Assembly (NCBI GenBank): GCA_040954595.2
Contig: CM082589.2
Span: forward strand, 4,478,213-4,542,212
Direction: 5' to 3'
DNA from: Balanoglossus misakiensis
Lineage: Eukaryota; Animalia; Hemichordata
DNA: 64,000 nt
Shown here: piece by piece, positions 43,301-56,544 of the stretch
Layout of the letters: each line of letters opens with the position of its first letter
Numbering within the stretch: the stretch's first letter is position 1
The notes under the pieces: generated by a model
Databases searched by the model: none
Seen by the model: the letters and a program-made list of their open reading frames with translations, nothing else
Told to the model about the DNA's origin: nothing
Translations under genes and position numbers: made by a program

Positions 43301-46169
43301 ATCATAAAGACAATCCAGCGATTTGTCGGGTCAACAATGTTGACACGGTTCGAACACAAGAAGCCAACACTGCTGGATTGATGATGTCGGGCTAAGGTGA
43401 TCAAATTCTTGTCAACATGTATACATGTTTACCAGTATAGCCGCTTATGTTTGTTGTCGATGAACCTCTCACACCGCGGGATACGGATTCGGTTTGTGCC
43501 GGATGCTTTAGGCTAATGGAAGTCGAAGGTGATGAACGTAGTATTCAATGATTTTCAAAAGTGGCATGATACATGAATGTGCATAAGCGTATACAGTATA
43601 CCGAATTTGAAGTCATTCCTTTAAGGTTTGTGAAGTATTCGACTATGGCTGAGAGCCTGTACAATGTAAACCTCTGGTACTGACAATCTGCCTAATTGTT
43701 GAACTTGCTGTCGACGATTTTTCTCGCCGCTGGCAGAGCCATTGGAGATGTATTTCTGAAAATCGCGTTTCCTTGAATTTTGCTGATAGGTGAAGGTCGA
43801 CAGTCACGCTGTTATTTCCTGACCTCAAGTCATGTATGTGTAGTGGTGTCGCAAAACGTTACAAACAGGTAGTTGATTAATAGTCGCGGCTGAACTTTGT
43901 GATCACGCCATCCGCTTAAACTCAGTGCGATGGACAAAAACAGATAGGTGTACCTATTAATGCTCGCTATCACAGGGTTTTCGCACTTTTAAATTAGTCT
44001 AACACAGCACTGAAGAAAATAGTGGCCGTGTAACCTTGCAATGTGCCTAATCATCTCCTCCCTGCTCTAAAGCCGACCACAATTTCGCGGAATAAGTCAA
44101 TTATAGTACTGAGAACGACACAGCGCTTTGTGCCTGGCCCACAATTGTGCACGACACGTGTTTTATGCCATTTAATCTTGAACTGGAATAATTACGCTTC
44201 CGCAGTCGAATCCCCCCACCTTTTACACACGTTTCCTCATTTCAATTCGGATGAAAACATAGTGTCGATGTCATGTTATAGAGGAAACTGATTGTTGTGA
44301 GACACAAACACCTAAATTAGGTGAGGGGAATCATTCAAATTGTATGCACACGCTCTGCCTACATTAATCAACTACATGAGAGAAACATCTATCATTAGGT
44401 CGTCGGCTTCTTCAAATATTAATACTTTTCATTGCGCTGTGATATTAGCCGCCGATTGAAGTCTGGGTCCCAGGGCATGCTGTAAGCGGCGAAAGCGCAA
44501 ATCTTCTCCTACTATAGCACCGGCCGTGTTTTTCAAAAGCCAAGGATATAGAACCAAATAGGCGCGTATTAAAAATTGAGTAATCAATTTATGTTGCTTC
44601 ACTGGCATCCTAGGGGTGCGCAGACACACCTGAACCTACGTCATGAAACTTTCACAGACAGACACCCACGCAGGCGATGCCACCAAAGAACCATGATGGT
44701 GTCGTTTGAAATCTCAAAGCTTCCAGCAATGCTTATTAATGGGCAATCTTAGACGACTTTACAAACTCGGCAAGACTAGTTTTAATAACCATACTGGTGC
44801 AGAATGTACCGGATAATGAACTGTTAGGGCGTCGGTTCTCTTCTTATGACCTTGTTTATGACCCTGCAGTAGAGTGTCATCCCCTTTTATGAAACGTAGA
44901 ATGACCCTCTTTCATGAGAACGACGCGTTAATGTTTAGCGAAATACACCGGAGTGATAATAAATCGAAAATGTCACTTCTAAATGATGACTCCCGCTGGG
45001 TGGTTAGTCCTCTTACCTTGTATTTATAGTTAAGTGTCAGCACCTTTTCGAAACGCAGAATTTCCTTATTTTAGGAGAAAGGCAAGTTAATGTCTCGGCA
45101 AAATACTTCGGAATGGCATATGTCACAAGGTAATATATCAGTCTTTCCAGTTCCATCGAGGTATGATACAAGATTGTTGAGTTCAGTGAGTTCAGTAGTG
45201 ACAATGTTCCGGGAAATGGGTCGCAGAATATATCAGTCGTTCCAGTTTCATCGAGAAGATGGTCGTTCCGTGGCCGCACAGGATGTCTCGTATCACACTT
45301 GGTGGAAAACTCCGTCACCGTTGTAGTTTCGCCATACAGGCCTGGCAGTCAGACTCTGGAAGAATTACACACACAATGCATCAGTGCTACCGCTGGCTGT
45401 CATGTCAGTCTCTGCCCTCAAGAATGGGCAGGCAGGTGCATTGCTGTACATGTACATATTTTCTACAATAATGTATTCAGAATGATTGTCCACTGTTCTC
45501 CATCTATTGTTTTAGTTTCTCCCCGAATTATATAATTATCACCTCCGAATTATTCATGAAGACTAAGTCAGTGCAGAGATTATGTAATCCAGGGCTGGTG
45601 AAAATTGTGCAGTTACTCCCACTGGTTGTGTGTCAAAATAGCAGAGTTTATTTTGTCAAAGCCGTTAGATGCTAAGATGTGTAACTGACTGTCTGACCAC
45701 CTCAGACAAGCAATTGCTAACTAACCTTTAACCACCACACAAAAATAACACTGGACACACAAGACAACACACAACAATATGACACTTTGTGACAGCATAA
45801 AAACTGAACACGCCTCTTCCAGGGAAATGATTACACCTACTTGATGGTTTACATTTTTTTGTTTGAACCGGCGGCAGTCAACACATTCCCACTCAAAATA
45901 AAGCTTCTACGAGAGCTCATAACCTTAATGGGCGATTTTTGTTGAAAAGGGGAAATTGTCAGAGACCGCGGTTAGAGTGGCGTGCAAAGGGGCAATTACT
46001 TAAAGAGACCCTCATTGATGCTGCTTACTTCTGCTCACCTAAGCGCAAGCCCCGTCCTAGACTACATGTCTCATCGAGAACCGATCGCACATGTAAGTAG
46101 ACTTTAGTTTTGTCCCTACTTTCCACCAAAGTTACTGCCTTTGCCTGATCTCCGACACGGTTTATGGTC

Positions 46170-46320
46170 GCCGCCATCTTGTCTGTTGTTAGGACAGCAC
46201 ACTGCCTTATTTCATTGACTGTATACAAGTTGGCAACCAGAGTCTCTGGTTCGACACATGCGCATACGACGAGTGTCGCCCTCTAAGTGGTGGCAGCAGG
46301 TGTCGATGGCAGGAAGTAAA
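46170..46320. promoter_or_regulatory. Candidate housekeeping-type, possibly bidirectional, promoter
   Basis: Four motifs within 150 bp: YY1-type AAGATGGCGGCG (minus strand, ending 46180), NRF1-like CATGCGCA (46257-46264), a GAGGGCG GC/CTCF-like motif (46274-46292) and ETS CAGGAAGT (46310-46317). Splice donors lie on both sides. Motif-level evidence only. Confidence 0.4.
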
Positions 46321-49300
46321 CCGTGTTATAGCAGCTACACCGAGCAACATTGGCTCGAAGTAAGAAATTAACGGTAATTTTGCTAATCCACAGAAGTACT
46401 GCTGTTAGCCGTACATCCGGGGATAATGGCACCCATCTTTTGAGCATAACAGATGCGTCACAGTTGCATACACCATCACATCTCTATATCTACCGCAGAA
46501 TTTCTTGAAACGGTCTTACTGGGCTACTTTCTGAAAATACTTTGAATTGCGCTTCAAAGCATGTAATCAGTGTTTTGAATTATTCAAACCCATATCTTGT
46601 GAACCTTACTAGTGCACACGTACATATTTGAAAGTAGATAGATTGTTATTAAAAATGGTCATACGCGCTTATACGCCTGCATATAAGAAACTTTGTTTAT
46701 AGGGATTTTAATGGGTTCTATTCTATAGGAAATCAACAGAGTCGGGAGTAATACCTTGTCGTCATTTGCAAACTAACTGCCAAATTCATTTAAAACTGAT
46801 CAATGATTTAAGCAAAGCCTATGGTCCCCAGGGAAGGTTAAACGAGAGTATGCAGGATTGTCCCCATCTGAGTTGCATGTAATTTCCAGTGTATACGTGA
46901 AACACTGACCGTAATCCTGCTCGCTGATAACAAATGATGATATCGAAATCCGTGTCTGCAGGCATATCCACGTGTACGTATTATGCAATGTAGTAACTAG
47001 TAGGACCTCACTCTCGGCGGAGGGTCATCGAACGCAGATGTCGCGTTGATGACGTCATGTGCAGAACGAGGACATCTCTTTGAACTGTTAGATCACATGT
47101 TATTATACGACCATAAGGTTTGTAACAAAAGGGAGTTGACATGCAATCATAAAGTTTATATGTCGTATTTTCCAACAGTTACCAACAATCAACTTGCAAT
47201 TTTACATGCAACTGTGCCATCGTGAGATTCAATTAATGCCCCGGCCTACGCCTAAATAAAGCAGCGAAATTTGAATCGTTTTTCAAGCAAAAAGTATGTT
47301 GCTGAAAAGAGACCCGTTATATCTATTAGCTAAGTGATTGACCATTATCATTTATATTAACATCGCGTTCCATTGGGAAATTATCACTTGCGACTTGCGG
47401 TTGTTCCAATGCATTGTTTATGCCAGAGGGCATGCGTGGATAAGGTACAGTTTGTTGTCGTTGTCGCCGTCGGGATAAAACGTTAACGTACGATCTTTGC
47501 AACATGAAAAATTTACAGCGTTATAGCCTCGCGTGCTTTTAAATCGGAAATGTCAGACATCTTCAACGGTTGGCGCGAGGTTTGTGAGATCGAACACGAT
47601 TGGTATTATTTTAGGATACTTAATTGCATATTCCATCGACAAAGCACAATCATCGATCAACAGAGATCCTCCAGATATCATCGCTGTTTGGGTTATTTTA
47701 ATTTGTTCACACTTCCTCATAGTTGCGGATGTGTTTTCAAATATTAACAACAACACCTGGCTGTTTTGTTAGTATACACTTTTCAGAATGCAATTATCCC
47801 TAAAATAGTTGCCCCATCGCGTTCCATTTACAGTTTACCACGACACAGCATCGTGGTTTGGGAGCGCAGGGATTAAATTTAGAAGCATGCCTGCGTCCGG
47901 AACACAGGGAAAACACACATACGCACACAGGTACTATGATTCCAACATGCAACACTTTCGAGTTGTTCTGATAGAAAGGGATACCCCGTATGTTACATGT
48001 TGAGATTCGCTCGACGGCAATTTCGCGTCACGTGTGTACGTGTACCAAATCGGCTCTCCCCTGGATTTACGCGAGGAGAGAGGAAAATCATGAATCCAGA
48101 AATTAGGGGGCTCTTATACCTTCCGCCTAGCAGCCTTTACAACAACAACAAAAACAGAATAAGAAGCCAATTACTGCCATAAATGAGCGTATTATTGGCA
48201 GTGTACATCATTTTGATCGGCGAACCGTTATATCACATCGGGCAGCGATTTTTTTTCCAGCTGAAGGCGGGGATCACAAATCAGACACGGTGCCAGAATT
48301 GACTCAAAGGTTCCCGCTCGACGGTGCCGCAAAGGCAGCATATGAACTCTCTGTGTCTTTCGTGAATGCAAGGATCTCATTTCGGTTCCATAGATCGTCT
48401 AAAAGCTGCCAATATCACGTGCATAACCTTAACCGAGTGCGCTGGACAACGTGTCTGGCTTTGGGCGCTATCTGTGTGCATTACTTTGTTCGGTAGCATT
48501 GTTAGACTTTTTCTGACGTACTTTCTTAACTCTTGATTCAAAATGGTTGGTTTCCTGGGTTGAAAACCCGACCTTTTTACGCATTTCCTACGCACACGAT
48601 ATAGTGTGTGCTTAACCCCCCATTTCTGCGCCGGTATATCGATTTCTTGGTCTCTTTACAAACTTTACGATCAACACCGCGCGCATGGATCGATTCCCAA
48701 GAAAGGCCGCTGAGGTCATCATCAATAGCCTCAGGGTAACTTCAACTTGAATACGGAGTGCCCCCGACCGGGAATCAATGATGTCTGTGTGCGGTGATGC
48801 GTCGTCAATATTTTAACGGGTTTTCCAGGAGTGGGTGTATAGAAGAGATTCATTGCCGTTGATTGGAAACGCCCTCCGCCAGTCACGGCGCATCTCAATT
48901 CCGTAACGACAGCCATGCCGCCGTGACCACTGTACCGTAGCCGGCGCATCTCCGCGACAGACAGAACTTGAACCAGAAGTTAAGCCCCGACTGTTTTTTT
49001 TTTCGTTTGCCATACTTCCACGCACGTACAGCCATATTTGAGAAATCATTACTGCCTGTGAAAAGACAGTTTTGCACGAGTGGAACTAACACATGGAGAT
49101 TGGCGATCTGGGGAATTTCCTCACCACATTCCTTGCACTAGTTAATGCCACGGTGCGAACAGATAAAAATTCCGCCACGGTGTTAAGGAAGTGACCCCTT
49201 TCCTACTCCCGGACACGGCCTGTGAACTTGTGAGGCAATTGCAATGTCGAGAAGAGCAGACAGACCCAATTCCCATCCGCCGGGTGCAATGAGGTGTGTC

Positions 49301-50812
49301 TGCGGAGATAATTTCAAACTCGGAACACACACTTGGCGATATCCGTTTGATGTGATTAAGATAGGCGTAGACGTTCCAGTCTCTGACATGTTTCAACAAC
49401 TGCAAATGCACTGGGCTCAAACAATTACGTGACTCATCAGCGACGGTGGAAATACACCCAGGTCCAAATCAGTACAAACTCGAATATGAACATGTGACAA
49501 CTATAAAGCACGTTTTGCACAGATTTGAGCACCATGCACATATATATAATTATTATATATACGGCAAACCATGAAATATTTTGCTGCAATGTTTCCTATT
49601 GTAGACATTAAAAAGTACCACTGTATAATTCTAAGTACAAAGTTAGCAAAACTCTGAGATGGGGTTTCATACTCTGAAGGTGATTCTACCCACTCCCCCG
49701 GGGGCCCCACTCCCTCCTCTACGAATGGCTTCTCTATCTTTTACACGTATACCCGCACTAGCTTCCGGAACCCCGGCGACTGGCCGATCGGAGACGCCTC
49801 GTTAATCTAATTACCGCGGGAACGTGCCTGTGCGATGATTTGGTACACGTTGGTTGACAGAAGTAACGACTGCTGAATATCATTGCGGTGTACGATTACT
49901 CGATCAGTTCCCTCTGTTTCAGAAAAAAAATTGCGTTCATACCAGGGACACGATTCTCGAATGCCCGAGAGTCCAACCCTAACCCGATTAGATATTTAGA
50001 TATAATGGTCTGCATAATACACGGCTCTGCCATACTTTCACGGAAACATCAACACGCTCTAAGAATGCACACGGGACTGGAGATCAACGGAGACATTGGC
50101 GAAGAAGGCGACCTCGGATGATTGGCAGCGAACCCGACGTGCCTATGGATTATTTCTGGGGGTAAACGTGTAAACGATATGATGGAAACGATAAAAATCA
50201 CGATTCAATTTGCTTTGATCACACAGGAAAATTATAGAAACATGCCAGTTAATATTATTGTGTAATGATCTGCTGCCTCCCGACCGAGTGCCGCGCATTT
50301 CATTTGATAGTTTTTGTGTAATTGTAGTCTGCTGAAGGCTTGTCAAGCGCCAGCCAGCTGAGCGCCGCTGACGTTGCCATCCAATCTACCTTCTTACATA
50401 CCGTACCAGGTCCTGGCAGAGGCATTCTGCTTTATCGCTTCGATCGATGTGTTTTTCTAAAGTGAAGTCACCGCCGAAAGTGTCAGACATGATGGTTATA
50501 TCATGTGGTGCTGACTCCAATTCCCACGTCAGACATTCGCCCCCGAATTGCACATTCCTGTCTAATGGCACCAGAGGCTTGGATTTTACCAGAAGTGAAT
50601 TGGTGTGAAAGTGCGATTTTTTTACATGGGCGTATCGATCGTTTAGTCCGCCTTAATTAGGTAACGCTCGCCGCCGTGGCGGAATCCCCGAAGCTTATCT
50701 TGAAAAGAAAGACAGATTTCATCGGGTCTAACACAGCCTTAAACCACGATCAAAGAAAGGTGCGACAAACAGCCCGATGAAAAATCGCCTCCGTAGCGAG
50801 CACGGGGGATAA

Positions 50813-51026
50813 GGGGAGAACCATTTGACTTCTGGGGGTGAAGGATTTTCGAGAAGAAAAAAACATTGTCGGCAGATGGTGCGGACAAAATTATCTTCTG
50901 CAATGCTTTGGGGGAAAATAACCGTCACTTGCAATAGAGAAAAACATTTGCTGTAACAGTGGCTGAAAAAATATTGCTAACCTATCCAAATCCTCCACCC
51001 ACCCCAAAAATCAAAGGGTTCTCCCC
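50813..51026. mobile_element. MITE, PIF/Harbinger-type (214 bp)
   Basis: Left end GGGGAGAACCATTTGACTTCTGGGG matches the reverse complement of the right end GGGGAGAACCCTTTGATTTTTGGGG. TAA TSD at 50810-50812 and 51027-51029. Confidence 0.85.
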
Positions 51027-54000
51027 TAAGCGACTGGTGAAATCTTCCTTTCTAAAATCGACAGGAAAATCACCAACAGTCTTAGCCTAGAGTATGAAAT
51101 CTAATTCCAATAGATATTCTGTAATTCGATATGACATATTAATCAATACGCGGATTAGTTTCCGGAGGCCTGTGAATTTCTCGCATATGTATGATTAGTT
51201 TTCATGACAGAGAAAGTGTCCGAAAATTCCCTTTTTGTGATGTCTCATAAAATCCTCATTAAACGTTCTGCTCCTCTGGTAATGTATGAATAAAAACACG
51301 ATTCATACTCTTTTCGGGGAAACAACGAGTAATTATCACATTCTCTCTATCTTAAATAGGTTTTTACTACCTAGGTAAGCGATAAATGCTCATGTGGTCG
51401 ACAGAATTTCAACATGGCGGATTTCTGCCAAAAAGCTGCTTTTTTTCTTCGCCATGAATTGGAACGTTAACCAAAGTGCACTGCCAAGAGATATAGGAAT
51501 ATAGGCCTCCAAAGTGACTATATGTTTTATTTATGTTTTATCTGTCAAGTGTAGACAGATACATGTGGATAGATCTCTATCTATACACTAGACAGATAAA
51601 GCAGAGTGAACAAATCAAAACGGACACATATTTTCAGGTTTAACTCTAGTACCTTCGACAGACAGTCGAATAACGAGAAGTCTTATTGATAAAGTTTCAG
51701 CACCCCGGAGGTATACTTGGAAACGCGCTGGATGGTCGTTTAAACGCATCAAGTAGTCAGGACCTCTCTCGACTTTTATCGCTCATAAGGCTGACAAGGT
51801 CGTGAAACAGTAGACTATGAGTTTCTCTAAAAGTGCAGTCACATGTGATGGTAAAAAGGCTACTATAATGAAAGTTAATTTCACAGGAAATATGGCCCAA
51901 AGTACAGTCACTAGTCGCCATTAAGTGCAGCAGTAGTGACCCCCTCTCTCTCTTCTTGTACTTTCGTTTTACAAACACTGTTTGTACTTTGTCGAACCGT
52001 GATCGTTTGGTCGATCGGTTGTGCATCGATGCTAATGTGTTTGTCGCCAACTTGTATTAATCGACATTTGCCTGCGCGCATGTACACATCTATACATGCA
52101 GCGTTCAGTCTGCTTCGAAAGCGTAATGGCCGTAAATACATGAACGTTGGCTGAGCGAATACATTCTACCTTATTTAATTCGATTAGAAATCCATCCGCC
52201 TGATCTGATCCCAATCTGTTTGTTGATAATTGTTTCCAACTTCTTCAGCTGGCGTACATGTAATTAGTGAGAAAAGGCTGGAGTATATACCAAGTAAAGG
52301 ATTTGATGTGACACGGTTAATTTATCAATCAAAACGGGATGGCTCTACAATTACGTGATTTTGTCTTAGGGCTGTGCTGCCTTCATTAAATTAAACTTTG
52401 ACAACGATGCCAGTTTTGGTCGAACGTGCTGTCTTTCCTGACGCACGTACTCCATCGATCATTAGTAAATTAGCTTTTTAAAACATTTTTGATCTGTCGA
52501 TAATTTTCAGTTCACCGGTTTGATTCTATTGAGCATGATGATATACATGTACCCATTAATGTTAATATGCAACGGCAGTCGTCTTTGTAGATACAGTGAC
52601 ACAAGTGCTGCTGTGATTTAGAAAAAACAACGTTTTGCTAGAATGCTTGCTTTGATTTTTGATTACAGAAGCAGCAAGGTCTTATCATCTCGAGGACAAT
52701 TCCAAGGCGATTACGCATACGTGAACATATACACCGTCACGGCGCATTAATTGGTTCGGTACAGTAATTATGCGTGGGAGCGTCAAACCATAGAAAGCAC
52801 AAGGTCGAAAGTAGTCATGGCAACGTCATTAACCCACGCGGACCTTTTTAAATCACGGACTAATTGACATAACCCGCCCGTTACAGTTCTCAAATTATGA
52901 GTTAATTACTCCTGTGGGTTAGTCTGCGTGTATCCTCTTGAGCGCCTGTCAGTAAAAATGAACGTGGCAATTTTGAACATTTTTGCAAAAATCTATTCAA
53001 GAAGACGCTCTCAGCCACAACTGCTTTTTTAACTGAAAAAAGATAATGTTTCTCCGCTTTTCCAAGAACATGTACATGTACAAATGAATTGAATACAGTC
53101 AGAAGCAGCGGATGAAAAGGTAATTTCATCGACAGTGATTCATAAAACAAATTAACCACACTTAATTTAGAAGTTTCGATCGCGTCTTCTTCAAGATTGC
53201 AATTTCTAAATTCAAAAGACGGTGACAGCTTAACTTAATAACCCATGCTTTCTTTCATATTTATCAGTAAATCAGTAAATAGGACCACACCTGCATGTAT
53301 GGTATTTCAGCTTATCTGAATCTAACCCTGACATTTAAACATGTCGCTGCTTTTGTTTTATTCTCACGTGGCTGATATAAATAATTTCTACAGATGTTTA
53401 CCGACCCTCCACAAAAATAGTACGGGACCTATACCGAAAACAGTGTGCACAAACCCCGGTGGCAAAAACTGGCTGTACCCAAAACATTCCTGAATGTTGC
53501 TTTATTTGCGCAAGGAGAAACGCAAATGTTGATTGATCGTCACGAGAGACCATCTTGACTACTAACTGAATGTTAAAAACATTCTCTAAAACTCTGCCGG
53601 CGATTGAGTTTCGTGCATGTCACGGGGGCCGTGTCTTTTGAGTGAAAGCAAAAACCACAAGAAGATTGTCGAGTTTAAATTTCAGTCAAAGGATTCCGTC
53701 GCCTGCCTGTCATTTCGAGGAACATCCGTAACATCTGTTATGAAGGATATGTGTCACTGACCTGACCAGACCGAATAAACTACAGTAACTCACACACCGC
53801 ACGTATAATTTCGTATTACACAGTCCTTGACAGAGACAAAAGATTTCAATTCGATGTTCTTTCTTTCGATGGTTCAGTCTACATGTAGTATGGAACAGTT
53901 TATTTGAGGACGCATGGCAGACATCGTTTTGGGGGCTGCTAAAATGCATGGTACTAAAAGCTATATATAAGCATTTATTGTTGTAACCCGTGCTGTGCAC

Positions 54001-54824
54001 TGCAGGAAAACGCGGGTATCTCAAATAATGCGCAGGTCACAATAGCATGGTTAGACCAAACGACACGATCAACGATTGAGACTGTTGTACTACATGTATA
54101 TAAATAAGGTATACATGTACGGCATCCACTGCACACACCGTGAATTATGGTACCCGCTTCTTGCGTCGCACATGAGTATATCATAGCCAGATATTCAGCA
54201 TTAAAATAGAACATACGACATCCAGGCTATCACATCTGGATTTATACAGAATGCATATAGCCCTACCGAAATCGTTGCATGTAAATAACATGGACAGATG
54301 CTAAGGTGAATGGACGGATTACTTTTTCATTACAGGAGATGTTGACGAAGAAGAACGTAGCACTTGAAACATTAAAAGTCATGTCGATTGACTTGTGATT
54401 TTAGAGACTATTTGACCCGGAAAATTTTATTCCGAACACAGCAAACCGGTCGTCCAGTTTCAAAAATACTGATGATTTAAAAACAGTGATGTGTGAGGGC
54501 GCTTGTACTCTGATCATCAACGTGGGGCATATGAGTCGGACCCGCAGGCCGTTCAAGCCAAAAATATGCGGATAATAGAGAGGCCAATTTACCTGACCGG
54601 GTGGCTTGTTTTACACCCGAACACATCCTCGAAAACATCCACCACGGCTTCACCAAGTCCCTTCGGCAGTTTCAATCTTCAGCTACCACAATAGACAGGC
54701 AAACTCCGTACGGTGGGCTCCCAAAACTCCTCCAAGGCGACGGCACAGCTACCAGACCAGAATCAAAATGAGCCACGCCACACGACAACGTGGCACTGGA
54801 TGGTTTTTACACGACCAAAAACTA

Positions 54825-54901
54825 ACACCTGGTCACGCTAATATGTTAAATAAAGAAATTAACATAGGTGCACCTGGCCACGAAAACAATAGAAAAACTT
54901 C
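54825..54901 (+). repeat. Dispersed repeat, copy 1 (homologous to 63926-64000)
   Basis: ACACCTGGTCACG.AATAT...AAAT..GAAA.TAA...CACCTGG.CAC.AAAACAA.AG.AAACTTC is shared with the end of the window. Weaker similarity extends ~90 bp upstream. Confidence 0.65.
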
Positions 54902-55062
54902 TCCTGCGTAACAGAATACAAAAGTATTTCTTTCGTTAGTCAATGTTGAACTAGCTATATGTTATGGTTGTACATTAGCACAAAATCTTTTTCAAAAATT
55001 CAGATAACATGCATGTATTTCAAATCCAAGACACTCGTCATTTAACAATTAATACCACATTA

Positions 55063-55068
55063 TTTATT
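55063..55068 (-). terminator. Candidate polyadenylation signal (AATAAA) of the tetraspanin gene
   Basis: TTTATT on the + strand, ~750 bp downstream of the stop codon at 55812. Position is plausible but unproven. Confidence 0.35.
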
Positions 55069-55089
55069 GTTGTATCACAAAAGTGATGA

Positions 55090-55250
55090 AGGGATCGTTA
55101 AAAACCGCCCTCATCGGTAACATTGTAAATTGCTAGCGAGTGTTCATTGTATAGTAACACGCGCAGTCACAGAGGGATCGTTAAAAAGTGCCCTCATCGG
55201 CTACATTGTAAATTGCCGTCGATTGTCCATCCTGTATAGTTACATGCCGC
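55090..55250. repeat. Diverged tandem duplication, 83-bp period, in the putative tetraspanin 3' UTR
   Basis: AGGGATCGTTAAAAA..GCCCTCATCGG..ACATTGTAAATTGC...TGTATAGT.ACA at 55090 and 55173. Confidence 0.85.
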
Positions 55251-55811
55251 TACTATTTAATTAAGTAAAATAATGTGCTTGGTGTGTGTACGCACACACA
55301 CACAGACAGACAGACAGACAAGCAAACGAACAAACACACACACATATATACATGTACATAATACATACAGCAAATCATCTAGTAAAAAACATAAATAACC
55401 GACGGAAAAATAATTTGTCCCATTAACGTCGAAATCGGTTACGTAATGCATATAAAATATTCACTGAAGTAAAACATACATGTTACGTCAATTCGTAAAA
55501 ATCCCATTGTATTTAAATTATTTTGTGCGTCGTGGTATGTACAATTACTGTACTAATCTTTATGATGTTGGTAAAAAGGCACTTTTCCATCAAGCAATCA
55601 GTCCGTCTGTCCGTCCGACGGCTGGTTGGTTGGTCGGTCGGTCGGTTGGTTGATCAGTCTTCTGTCTGTATTGTTATATTATTGTGTGTCCGGACTTTGT
55701 TTGGCAGGAAACAAAATCGAAACATACGTCACACACTCACTCATGTGAAAGCCTCCGAGTCTGTATACATTGTAATATTGGGGTTTCTATGGTTTCACTG
55801 TATCCGCTCGG

Positions 55812-56127
55812 CTATTTCCACATGGCCTTGATGGCTTTGACGTCACCAATGAGGCACTTGACAAAGCTCAACGTTATCACCTGTAGCAGAATGATACAGC
55901 CTATCACCACGGCAACGATGATCAAATTCTGGGTCAGCCACGCGTCAATGGCAGCGACGCAGCCGCCCTGGTGGATCTCGTAGTCACTGGAGCTGTAGTC
56001 TTTGGCGCTGGGTTGTCTCTTGCCGTAGCCGCACTGGTAGTCAATGACAACCGTGCCGGGGGGCATGACACAGCATGAGAAAGGAACGCCGCACTTTGAC
56101 ACCGCTGGCGATGAACAGTTGAAATAT
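55812..56127 (-). CDS. Tetraspanin (TspanC8 subfamily, TSPAN5/14/17/33-like), coding exon 3: rest of large extracellular loop, TM4, C-terminal tail
   Basis: Acceptor ttccttccaacag at 56128. Phase-2 join gives L-YFNCSSPAVSKCGVPFSCC...QCGYG...IHQGGC...WLTQNLIIVAVVIGCIILLQVITLSF...KAMWK*. The YFNCS..CGVPFSCC motif is typical of TspanC8. Confidence 0.95.
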
Positions 56128-56391
56128 CTGTTGGAAGGAATTATGCGAGTAATAGAAATTATGTAAGACCAACAATAACGTCCTGTCATATGAAACTAGG
56201 CAAATGTTGCGAGTGTATATGCAATTGGAGGTCGTTCAGAGATAATTTCCCCTGCAAGGTATGGTTTTCAGATCCCTCCATTTCTATTGCTGTGTACGCC
56301 TTTCAACTTTCACTCTTGGCATCTTGTTGAAAAAGGGAACAATTTATTTTCGTTAGAACAGAGCAGGAGTAGGCGTGTTGAGTTTACTCAC

Positions 56392-56482
56392 AAATTTATG
56401 TCCCAGTCGTTGGGACCATCGGCACCACAGCATTTCATGTCCCTCTGCATGGTGTCCAGCAAGAACTGTGTGTCCGGGTCAT
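56392..56482 (-). CDS. Tetraspanin (TspanC8), coding exon 2 containing the CCG motif
   Basis: 91-bp exon absent from the ORF track. Acceptor tcttcttccaaaaag, donor gtgagt (56391-56386). Encodes DDPDTQFLLDTMQRDMKCCGADGPNDWDIN. Phases 1 and 2 fit both neighbouring exons. Confidence 0.95.
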
Positions 56483-56544
56483 CTTTTTGGAAGAAGAGAT
56501 AATATTAAACGATCTTAAAGTGCCAGCCCTTAATTGTTGTGTTT

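Noticed and set aside
48755-48780. GATTCCCGGTCGGGGG on the minus strand, resembling a tRNA 3' end
   Set aside because: It lacks GGTTC and the rest of the cloverleaf.
56128-56189. N-terminal part of track ORF 55812..56189, and the upstream extension of ORF 57896..58462
   Set aside because: Intronic read-through beyond clear splice acceptors at 56128 and 58412.
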